Positions 56,738 through 64,000 of a DNA stretch of 64,000 nucleotides are shown here, one piece after another. This stretch comes from a virus. A program made the position numbers and the translations under genes. Under the pieces are notes generated by a model, which was not told the origin of the DNA, searched no databases, and was given only the letters and a program-made list of their open reading frames with translations. Every line of letters begins with the position of its first letter. Positions within the stretch are counted from its first letter, which is position 1. The stretch is taken from the IMG/VR virus record IMGVR_UViG_3300025168_011805, positions 6,558-70,557 of that record. The stretch is one strand, 5' to 3'.

Positions 56738-56770
56738 TGGGCCCCGTTTACGGGGCCCATTCTTTTTTTT
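56738..56770 (+). terminator. Strong intrinsic terminator
   Basis: tgggccccg-ttta-cggggccca followed by a T-tract. Confidence 0.92.
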
Positions 56771-56777
56771 ATAAATA
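56770..56777 (+). promoter_or_regulatory. Late promoter TATAAATA
   Basis: Exact consensus upstream of the 727-aa ORF. Confidence 0.75.
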
Positions 56778-56799
56778 GAAGTAGTCTTTGGAGTAAAGA

Positions 56800-58983
56800 A
56801 TGTCTGATTATTCAACAAAAAAACCCATATTTGAAGCAGATTGGTTTGATCCGATGGAATTTTTAGAATTTTTGCAGTTAGACGAAGCGAACCCAATATC
56901 GAAATCATTTGCTGATAAAGAAGCTCTAGATAAAGAAAAAGCAAAAGAAGATGCTAGAGCTGTTGGTGGTGACAAAAAAGACGTTGATAGCGCCAGAAAG
57001 CGTGTAGAGAGAAAAGCATCAGAGCAACAAGAAAAGACAAACCCTTGGAAGGGGGTTATTGTTGTAAAAACTTTGGATGACAACAAAACTAGATTGATTC
57101 CAAAAACTGATTACGAACCAAATAAACATGAACTCCTATATGGACGAGTCCCTGGTCAGAGAAACAAACCAGAAGTAACTCCAAACGCAGCAAGAGAAAT
57201 TTCCAGAAGACCTGATTTCGAAGCAACAAAAACATCCAACAGACTTCTGGGTAATGTAGAGAAAACAGAAGATCCATCAGCTCCCGAAGTCGCCACACAA
57301 GAAGGCGAAGTTGCTGATGACATTATGGATTCTCAGGAACAAAAAAGAATTCCATCAAACGGAAAAGAAATAACATCAGCAGGATCAGTTTATCCTGATT
57401 GGGATCATGAATCAGAAGACATGGCTTCAAGCATAGCGAGCACATTCAACTCTGTGAACGGAGGCAAGATAGGTGATGGGATGTCTCCATCTCTTAAGAA
57501 CAACATGGAAGAGAGCGAAACATTAGAACCATCTGCTATTCGAGTTGTTCAGCAAATACAGGATGATTTAAGAGGAAGTTGGGTGGCTAAGCCAGTCAAC
57601 AAAGAAACAGGATCAATCTCTCCAGAGTGGGCATCATTGGGTGGTGATGATCCTTCATCCAAGTCTCAGATAGTATTCGAGGGTGATTCACAAGAGGAAG
57701 TTGTCCGGGCCTCGGTAAGGATTGGAGAAACTCCAATCTTACTGGAAAAAGAAGGCGAAGCCTTAGCCTTGTTTTCTTCCACTGCATTGAAACTAAAAGA
57801 AAATATCTTATTGAACCCTGCTACCAAAAAACAGACAAAAGCTGTATCAGAAAAAATGAGAGATTATGTTATAAACACTAAGCCTGAAGTGAGATTCAAT
57901 AACCAAATCCAAATTGATAAAAATAGGTTCTCTAAGGAAAATGTAGAGAATTTACACACAGAACTAAAGTCCCATCTCGAAGATATATTTGCAACTAACG
58001 AGGAGTTCAAGAAAGCTTTAGTTTACGAAGAATTAACTGGACAAGACAAATTTGGTTTTGACAATCCTTCTTCGGTTACTCATATATTATCGGCAAATAA
58101 AGATGGAACAAGCGCACATTTATCAAAATTAAACGAAACTTATATTAACAAAATCATCAATGATGTAAAGGTAAACATAAGATTTGGTATTGACGATGAC
58201 ATACGAGAATCTAGAACACCCGGAAGTTTCTGGGCTGCTATGAGTGTATCTGATGATATGAAAGAAGACATATGTCATCACTTTACTGATTTACTGGCAG
58301 AGAGTGACTCAGACACAGAAACTTATTTCAACCAAGCGACATCTGATATCTCTGATGATCCATTCCGAATGTTTGAATTTTTAGGTTTGACCGTAAATGA
58401 AATAAGTTCCAATCAACTTAACTTAGCTAATTATAACACAAATGAGTCTGGTGAGTATACGAAAGTTCAAACTAGAGATAGAGTATTTTATGTTCCTGTA
58501 GAGAAGGACACACAATACTATGAAGCAGAGAATGATGAAATCCCTCAGCTCACTACTAACGAAGAGTATGAGAGAGATTACAGAAAAGAATATGATAGAC
58601 ATCATAGCAGCAAAAAAGCAATTCAAGCTAGAGGCAAACGAACAACAAATAGAAGAAGAGCTATTCGTAAGGGTGTAGTGAGTAAAGGTGATGGGGTTGA
58701 TATTGATCACAAGGATGGAAATCCCATGAACAATTCATCTACCAACTTAAGAAAAAGAAGTGCCGCATCAAACAGATCTGACAACAAACATAAACCAGGC
58801 GAAACTCAAGATCATAGCAAAAGACTCAAAGAAGAGGGTGGTGCCGGAGACATCGGAACCTACGATCTTCTAAAAAAATACATAGAAGACACTCCTTTTA
58901 TGGAAGTTGACGCGGAATTGAATAAACTTTTTAAAAAAAATTACGATAGAGTAAAATCTATAAAAAAAGAATCTCCGAAGTGA
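56800..58983 (+). CDS. Large late protein with C-terminal HNH domain (possible internal virion protein)
   Basis: RDYRKEY..H..R..R..R...GDG.DIDHKDGNPMNN...NL......NR HNH motif; late promoter; acidic LxE sites. Confidence 0.75.
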   Translation: MSDYSTKKPIFEADWFDPMEFLEFLQLDEANPISKSFADKEALDKEKAKEDARAVGGDKKDVDSARKRVERKASEQQEKTNPWKGVIVVKTLDDNKTRLIPKTDYEPNKHELLYGRVPGQRNKPEVTPNAAREISRRPDFEATKTSNRLLGNVEKTEDPSAPEVATQEGEVADDIMDSQEQKRIPSNGKEITSAGSVYPDWDHESEDMASSIASTFNSVNGGKIGDGMSPSLKNNMEESETLEPSAIRVVQQIQDDLRGSWVAKPVNKETGSISPEWASLGGDDPSSKSQIVFEGDSQEEVVRASVRIGETPILLEKEGEALALFSSTALKLKENILLNPATKKQTKAVSEKMRDYVINTKPEVRFNNQIQIDKNRFSKENVENLHTELKSHLEDIFATNEEFKKALVYEELTGQDKFGFDNPSSVTHILSANKDGTSAHLSKLNETYINKIINDVKVNIRFGIDDDIRESRTPGSFWAAMSVSDDMKEDICHHFTDLLAESDSDTETYFNQATSDISDDPFRMFEFLGLTVNEISSNQLNLANYNTNESGEYTKVQTRDRVFYVPVEKDTQYYEAENDEIPQLTTNEEYERDYRKEYDRHHSSKKAIQARGKRTTNRRRAIRKGVVSKGDGVDIDHKDGNPMNNSSTNLRKRSAASNRSDNKHKPGETQDHSKRLKEEGGAGDIGTYDLLKKYIEDTPFMEVDAELNKLFKKNYDRVKSIKKESPK

Positions 58984-59003
58984 TTCGGATCTGGAGTTAA
59001 TGT

Positions 59004-59285
59004 ATGTCTCAAGACGATGCTAGAAGAATAAGTTTAAATGGCTGGGGCGTTATTTTTGGTTGGGTTTCAACCCTTGCTATACTAGTATGGACAATAGGTG
59101 CAAAAGATGCAACCTACGATTATAGATTAACTGCGATAGAACAAGAAATTATTAACCTAGACGAAAGAATAGACGCAAGTGAGGCTTTCAGAATATCAAT
59201 ATCAACTGATCTTGCTGAAATAAAAACAGATTTATTATGGATTCGTTATCAGCTCGAAAATGCTATAAAAACAGGAAGTGAATGA
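59004..59285 (+). CDS. Membrane-anchored coiled-coil protein
   Basis: One TM segment (GWGVIFGWVSTLAILVWTIG) then heptads; GGAG RBS. Confidence 0.65.
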   Translation: MSQDDARRISLNGWGVIFGWVSTLAILVWTIGAKDATYDYRLTAIEQEIINLDERIDASEAFRISISTDLAEIKTDLLWIRYQLENAIKTGSE

Positions 59286-59517
59286 TATGAAAATAGAAAA
59301 AACTCCATTTGTTATTCAATCAAAGAATAATTTAGACGAAGTAAAATTAAATGATGAACAAAAAAGTAAAAGAGATGCAGTAGCATCTCAGATCCTATCA
59401 AATAAAAAGTTTAGAGATAAAATGCCGTCTAGACCTGGAAAAAACTCTACCCCAGAAGAAGTCGCAATGGCCATAGCGACATTAATCGCAACCGGACGAT
59501 CACCAAAAAGGCGATGA
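59278..59517 (+). CDS. Hypothetical protein (possible internal head protein)
   Basis: LDE site; ends with an AIAT..A motif. Confidence 0.55.
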   Translation: MNDMKIEKTPFVIQSKNNLDEVKLNDEQKSKRDAVASQILSNKKFRDKMPSRPGKNSTPEEVAMAIATLIATGRSPKRR

Positions 59518-59547
59518 GTCGTATACATAGTACAACGGAGAATTTAA

Positions 59548-60033
59548 ATGAAAAGTTTTAAAACCTTACTACAACAGATAAATGAAAGCGGAGAATTATC
59601 AGTTGGTGGTCTAGCAGCTAGACAACCACACACTGGCGCTCGTTCCGCAGTTAAAGATCACGGAAAAGGCTTGTTTGATTTGGACTCTGAAGGCAATATC
59701 AGAAGAATCAATGCTTTTCTTGAATCGTATTTTTCCAAGGAATGTCTTGATCTACCACAATCAATTACAATGCTTAGAGCAAAGTTAAACATTATTGGTT
59801 TCGATTTCCAGTATGATGGAAAAGAACAAGTTTCTGAATCTGCATTTAGTTTCAGACTCTTTAGATATGGTGGGACTTTTGGAAAAACTCCAACCACACC
59901 AATCGAAGAATTTGAAACCACTGATGGATTTGAAGATGGTATCAAATATATGATCAACTTCAATGTCGAAGAGGGTAGGGGTTTATATAGAGTACGCTCC
60001 GAGGTTGTAAAAGAAGCCGACAGCGAAGGATGA
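59548..60033 (+). CDS. Hypothetical late protein with MKSFK...NE N-terminus
   Basis: MKSFKT resembles T4 capsid-targeting N-termini; TATACATA upstream. Confidence 0.6.
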   Translation: MKSFKTLLQQINESGELSVGGLAARQPHTGARSAVKDHGKGLFDLDSEGNIRRINAFLESYFSKECLDLPQSITMLRAKLNIIGFDFQYDGKEQVSESAFSFRLFRYGGTFGKTPTTPIEEFETTDGFEDGIKYMINFNVEEGRGLYRVRSEVVKEADSEG

Positions 60034-60419
60034 TAATGGGAATTGATATACTTGATGAAAGTAATTTTTTAGATTATGCATTGTCTTATTATGAAAATCC
60101 AAACTGTGTAGACTTTGACGAGTTTCATGAGGATTTGAATAGAATCAAGTATATCAAAAGATTATTCAATAGATTTGATCAAAAGAACAATCTAAAAGAA
60201 AGATTAATCTTAAATCACATAATCATACTGAACAACGTGTTTGGTGCCGAGGCTTGTAGCAGAATATTATTTTTTAGAATAGAAGAAAGATACCACTCGT
60301 ATCTAAAATCTTTTTTGAAATATTTACAACTTTTGCCTATAGAATTACCCGAAGTCGATTTAATTAACATACCAACAAATCATGTCATAGACAGTATTTT
60401 AGGAAAATTATTGGAATGA
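60030..60419 (+). CDS. Conserved T4-like phage hypothetical protein
   Basis: YA..YENP.C....EF.EDL.R.KYIKRL...ERLILNHII.L.NVFG pattern recalled from T4-like phages. Confidence 0.8.
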   Translation: MIMGIDILDESNFLDYALSYYENPNCVDFDEFHEDLNRIKYIKRLFNRFDQKNNLKERLILNHIIILNNVFGAEACSRILFFRIEERYHSYLKSFLKYLQLLPIELPEVDLINIPTNHVIDSILGKLLE

Positions 60420-60997
60420 GTTTCGATCTAACAAACAGAACTATATCCGCATTTACTCTCTATAAATTCATCAAAGAGATCAGTAAGTCATTCGTTTCAA
60501 TGAAGGCATATAAGATGGGTTTGATAGACGGTAATGGATATTTCTTAAAAAGAATGGAAGATCTTTCTGCAAGAGAAAGATCTGTTCTCAATACATTTGA
60601 AATGTTTGTTATTTACATCAAAAGATTATTTAATCAAATTCCGAACCCATCAACAAAAGCTAAACTCGCAAGCACTACAGCAGCTCTCAATTTGTTCCGA
60701 GAGGAGCTAGAGACTGTTGGTGGTGATTGGGATTACTTTGTAGAGGGATTTCTTGATTTCATGCAGAGTTCTGATATAATAGATGAGTCAATGAAAGAAG
60801 AGATAGCAAATGTTGCTTCTTCTGGACAAGTTGGAGGTATGGGATATAATCTCCACATGGGTGCCAACGCACCACATCCAGCACCACCGGATGATTTAGC
60901 AATAAACCAAAGAAAAGCTTTGAAGTCTCTGAAAGGTAAAAAGAAAAAAGAAAAATTCTTACCCTTCAGTATGTTTAGAAGAGACACTAAAAAATGA
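60416..60997 (+). CDS. Conserved T4-like phage hypothetical protein
   Basis: YKFIK....F....AYKMGLIDGNG motif; EEIAN site. Confidence 0.7.
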   Translation: MSFDLTNRTISAFTLYKFIKEISKSFVSMKAYKMGLIDGNGYFLKRMEDLSARERSVLNTFEMFVIYIKRLFNQIPNPSTKAKLASTTAALNLFREELETVGGDWDYFVEGFLDFMQSSDIIDESMKEEIANVASSGQVGGMGYNLHMGANAPHPAPPDDLAINQRKALKSLKGKKKKEKFLPFSMFRRDTKK

Positions 60998-61446
60998 TAG
61001 AAACCCTACTCACAACTGAATTCTTATCTCTGGTTGGTGGTAGTCTCACCGGATTTATTTTTAAATCTATAGCAGAGAAAAGACAGAATGAACAGGAAAG
61101 ATTTAATAGATTGTTGGATGCAAATAAGGTATCGAATGAATCATACAATCAAGCAATAGAACGAGTGGGCAGTGATGCTGGCAAATGGGTTCGAAGATTT
61201 ATTGTTCTTTGTATATTGTTTGGAACAATAATCGCCCCGTTTGTATTGCCATTCTTTGAGGTGCCGACGGTTGTCGAGATAGTCGAGAAAAGAAATGCAC
61301 CACTAGATTTCTTTGGTTTGTTTGGAACTAATGAAGTGATCTCGTTTGAGACTGTTCGTGGCTATTTGTTTACTACAGAGAACAGACAGATCCTTGTGAC
61401 AATTGTAGGATTTTACTTTGGATCAGCAGTAGGTAGATCACGATGA
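60994..61446 (+). CDS. Membrane protein (holin-like candidate)
   Basis: Hydrophobic segments, WVRR.IV, IVGFYFG C-terminus. Confidence 0.6.
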   Translation: MIETLLTTEFLSLVGGSLTGFIFKSIAEKRQNEQERFNRLLDANKVSNESYNQAIERVGSDAGKWVRRFIVLCILFGTIIAPFVLPFFEVPTVVEIVEKRNAPLDFFGLFGTNEVISFETVRGYLFTTENRQILVTIVGFYFGSAVGRSR

Positions 61447-61691
61447 ATAAATTACTAATCACATTACTAGTTTTCTTGGCAGGGTGTTCAGCCGGACAAA
61501 CAATATTGGATCCCACCTACAGTTCTACTCCATCTGCGTGGGACAAAAAAACAATAGCAGAAGTGACAACCGAACCCACATTTTTCAGTGGGTGGTTGTT
61601 CTGGTATTTACTTCTTCTTATTGTTGTGATTGCTATTACTATAAAAGTATGGAAAGGGACTTCTACTCCATTGAAGAGTAGTAATCCTTGA
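61443..61691 (+). CDS. Lipoprotein with C-terminal transmembrane helix (u-spanin-like topology)
   Basis: Lipobox LAGC at residues 12-15; WLFWYLLLLIVVIAITI TM segment. Confidence 0.65.
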   Translation: MNKLLITLLVFLAGCSAGQTILDPTYSSTPSAWDKKTIAEVTTEPTFFSGWLFWYLLLLIVVIAITIKVWKGTSTPLKSSNP

Positions 61692-62325
61692 TCTCATTGT
61701 ATAGTTTAGGAACCCATTTCAACACTTTACCCCTGAATACCTGAGAAGTTCCATCCTCACATGCTATGAGGATTGCAAAGTCGTTTATCTTTTCCCCGGT
61801 TCTTATTTGCCACATAAGAGCGTATGCTGTTGCTTGCATCATATAGTTTCCAATATCCTCTTCTCTTTTTCTACGAGATGAGGCTTTGAAATCTATGATA
61901 CATGGAACTCCATCGTAATCTGCAACACAATCGACTCTACCAGCCAACCCAATACGCTCACTCCAAAGAGGAGCCTCTTGTGCTCTGATGTTGTCGATCT
62001 TGTCGAGTTCATCCTTCAGAACTACAAATAGATCAATCATATCTGGTTGTTGATCTTTTGTCTCTACTTCAGGATTGAAGTCGTTGTTGATGTAATCCTC
62101 AATCAAAGAATGGAAGCGTGAACCCCGTCTGGTAACTCTCTTGGATTCCTTCGGGTTCTTCTTTCTCCACTCAGCGAAGAAACGACTCTTCTTTCTTCCT
62201 GTGACAGTGGTTACACTAGGCAAACGAATGCCACTCGGAGCAATATAAAAACGACCTGCTTCGGATGTTTCCGAAGCTAGGTCGTCTTTAATATCCGTCT
62301 GGACATGTGTGAAAACTTTATTCAT
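61663..62325 (-). CDS. PD-(D/E)xK exonuclease (lambda-exo/Cas4-like fold)
   Basis: PSVTTV, RG..FH..IE, E..L....AGRVD....IIDFK, Q..AYA. Confidence 0.88.
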   Translation of the reverse strand: MNKVFTHVQTDIKDDLASETSEAGRFYIAPSGIRLPSVTTVTGRKKSRFFAEWRKKNPKESKRVTRRGSRFHSLIEDYINNDFNPEVETKDQQPDMIDLFVVLKDELDKIDNIRAQEAPLWSERIGLAGRVDCVADYDGVPCIIDFKASSRRKREEDIGNYMMQATAYALMWQIRTGEKINDFAILIACEDGTSQVFRGKVLKWVPKLYNEIKDYYSSME

Positions 62326-62331
62326 AATCAT

Positions 62332-62360
62332 AATATACACTACCTTTCACTAAATGTCAA
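62332..62360 (-). promoter_or_regulatory. Sigma70 promoter TTGACA-17-TATATT (minus strand), probably giving a leaderless exonuclease mRNA
   Basis: Hexamers read from the reverse complement; ATG 6 nt after the -10 box. Confidence 0.7.
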
Positions 62361-62363
62361 GAA

Positions 62364-62693
62364 TTATTTTGCGGATTCGATCTCTTCTTCGGTTTCAAGA
62401 AGAGAAATTGCATGATCTAGGGTATAGTCAAGCTCTTCCTCTGATAATTCTCTGTTTAACTGTGATTCGACATCGTTTACGATACCATCAAGCCACTCTG
62501 TTAGATCGGCAATTGCCTGCTCTTCAGTGATCTCTTGAGTATCGTCTGCGATTGATTCGGCAAGTTCCATTGGTTCTGCCGAGTCTACACCCTCTACTTT
62601 GGGACGGTGAGTTCTGTGAATTTCCATTGCGGTTTGGGCGAGAATTTTGTTTAGGTCGCCGACGCCGGTTTTATTGCTGTTATTAATTGACAT
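62364..62693 (-). CDS. Acidic hypothetical protein
   Basis: AGGA RBS; ITEE/LSEE sites. Confidence 0.65.
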   Translation of the reverse strand: MSINNSNKTGVGDLNKILAQTAMEIHRTHRPKVEGVDSAEPMELAESIADDTQEITEEQAIADLTEWLDGIVNDVESQLNRELSEEELDYTLDHAISLLETEEEIESAK

Positions 62694-62732
62694 GGTTTTC
62701 TCCTAGTGAGTTATATAGAATATGCGGTGACC

Positions 62733-63119
62733 TTAGTTTTTACCGCTAATTGTTGATTTGGCTTTTGCTGCAATTTTATCTGTCTTTGCAGTTTTCGATG
62801 CAGCTTTCGCAAGCTGTGTTCCAGTCTTGGCAAGTTTGGCAACACCAGAAACATTACCTACGACTGGTATTGCATTAACTACATTCATTGCAGCATCTCC
62901 GAGTCTACCAGACGCCACAGAGTGTGCTGCCGCTCCAAGATCTGCTGCGATCCCTGCAACGGGGATTTGACCAGCAGCAGAGAGTGCTGCTTGTGTTCCC
63001 TGATAACCTACTTCGCCACCGGGGTGGTATTTTCCAACCATATCTTTCGAAGCATTTTTTGCTTTTTCTGATATCATTGTTTTAGAGTGGGCCCAGCTAT
63101 GAAAATCTTTAATGTTCAT
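62733..63119 (-). CDS. Protein with pre-toxin TG-like segment
   Basis: LSAAGQIPVAGIAADL.AA......G..GDAA......IPVVG; GGAG RBS. Confidence 0.6.
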   Translation of the reverse strand: MNIKDFHSWAHSKTMISEKAKNASKDMVGKYHPGGEVGYQGTQAALSAAGQIPVAGIAADLGAAAHSVASGRLGDAAMNVVNAIPVVGNVSGVAKLAKTGTQLAKAASKTAKTDKIAAKAKSTISGKN

Positions 63120-63128
63120 TAGTTTCTC

Positions 63129-63920
63129 CTACCCTCTATTTATACCTGTGATTGCGTCAATAACGCTGTGTTCTACTTTATTCTTTTTCGCTGGTGGTTG
63201 TTCACCACTCATCATTTTTTCTCTCTCGATTTTACCAGATTCAACAGCTTCTACCAAGCTATTTTTCCAGTTATTCATAGTTCCTTCTTTTCTGGTTTTA
63301 GAGGAACTTATTGATGATCTGTCTACTATGACCAAATCATCTTTCTTGTCTTTCCCACTCATTGCAGAACGGAGAGAATCGTATGCAGCGTCTGATGCAC
63401 TCTGTGCAACTTTTTGTCCTACGGGTTCGCCTGACATGTTGGTGTTCATTCTCTGTCTAGCTCTTCTACCTTTTTCTTGTGCGTAGTCAGCCACCGAGGT
63501 GCCTGCTTTTCTTGCTATACCCTTAGCTACGTCCACACCCACAGTTTTTGCTTTTGCTACCATTTGTTGCTTTTTTCTTCCCCTAGCAACTCTGTCTAAT
63601 CTTGTCTGTCTAGTATCACCGGCAGCTCTGTTAGTAGTTGATGATGTTGATGTAAAGGCACCTCTGTTCAACGCGCCTTGCGATCTCTGATCACCAGCTT
63701 TTGCTTTTGTTATTGTTGAATCTTGTGCTTTCTTGAATGTACTGGTTTTCATGGGTGTTCCAACTTTTCGTGCTGTTGTCCCCTGACCTACCGATCTTTG
63801 TCTTGCTGTTTGAAAATTTCTTTTCATCATAGGAGATGGACTTGCGTACTCCAAGATAGCATCAATTTTATTCTTTGTGATAATTCTTTCAACAATATTA
63901 GACTGCATAGTAGACTCCAT
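63129..63920 (-). CDS. Basic, low-complexity putative internal virion protein
   Basis: K/R/A-rich; ILE/LVE sites; CATAAATA late promoter upstream. Confidence 0.6.
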   Translation of the reverse strand: MESTMQSNIVERIITKNKIDAILEYASPSPMMKRNFQTARQRSVGQGTTARKVGTPMKTSTFKKAQDSTITKAKAGDQRSQGALNRGAFTSTSSTTNRAAGDTRQTRLDRVARGRKKQQMVAKAKTVGVDVAKGIARKAGTSVADYAQEKGRRARQRMNTNMSGEPVGQKVAQSASDAAYDSLRSAMSGKDKKDDLVIVDRSSISSSKTRKEGTMNNWKNSLVEAVESGKIEREKMMSGEQPPAKKNKVEHSVIDAITGINRG

Positions 63921-63930
63921 TTAGTATATC

Positions 63931-63952
63931 TATTTATGTATTTTCATAAATA
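63931..63952. promoter_or_regulatory. Back-to-back late promoters (CATAAATA on minus at 63931-63938 and on plus at 63945-63952)
   Basis: Direct reading; divergent ORFs on both sides. Confidence 0.6.
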
Positions 63953-63977
63953 AGGTGTAATCTCAAGGAGATAATGA

Positions 63978-64000
63978 ATGAGTAACTACAAAAGATCTAA
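63978..64000 (+). CDS. Start of a CDS truncated by the window end (MSNYKRS...)
   Basis: AAGGAG RBS 7 nt upstream; late promoter. Confidence 0.45.

Noticed and set aside
58560-58800. Free-standing HNH homing endonuclease or mobile intron
   Set aside because: The HNH is an in-frame domain of a large late protein and interrupts no recognisable conserved gene.
61663-62325. Cas4/CRISPR adaptation gene
   Set aside because: No Fe-S cysteine cluster pattern and no cas context; common phage exonuclease.
1-64000. tRNA genes, stop-codon recoding, or a cellular origin of the contig
   Set aside because: No cloverleaf seen in the few intergenic gaps; core genes are intact in code 11 with all three stops used; T4 core genes flank the glycan island on both sides.

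Overview
A 64 kb segment of a large, AT-rich T4-like myovirus, read in the standard genetic code and mostly on the + strand. It is probably aquatic, and a weak inference from the porin points to a Planctomycetota/Phycisphaerales host. It carries the T4 core replication/recombination module (gp47, gp46, RNase H, gp45, gp44, gp62, regA, gp43, uvsX, gp41, gp61) plus dUTPase, ThyX, class II RNR, a RuvC-like resolvase and an exonuclease. About 28 kb lies between regA and gp43: a ~24 kb, ~31-gene glycan-biosynthesis island (GT2/11/17/29/47/77-like transferases, NeuA/NeuB, WecB, Ugd, DegT, FkbM, 2OG oxygenases), then collagen-like and fibre genes. Other accessory genes are a degenerate SET-domain protein, a PLP-enzyme/DNA-methyltransferase pair, GroES, a tandem primase paralog, a host-like porin and late virion/internal proteins. 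The most unusual signal is a pair of intergenic structured RNA elements at ~55.46-55.55 kb and ~56.65-56.77 kb. One carries an orphan 15-nt perfect complement of the 16S rRNA 3' end. The other displays the 16S-sense sequence in a loop and is complementary to the first at two sites in permuted order. All protein calls come from motif recognition by eye, not database searches.
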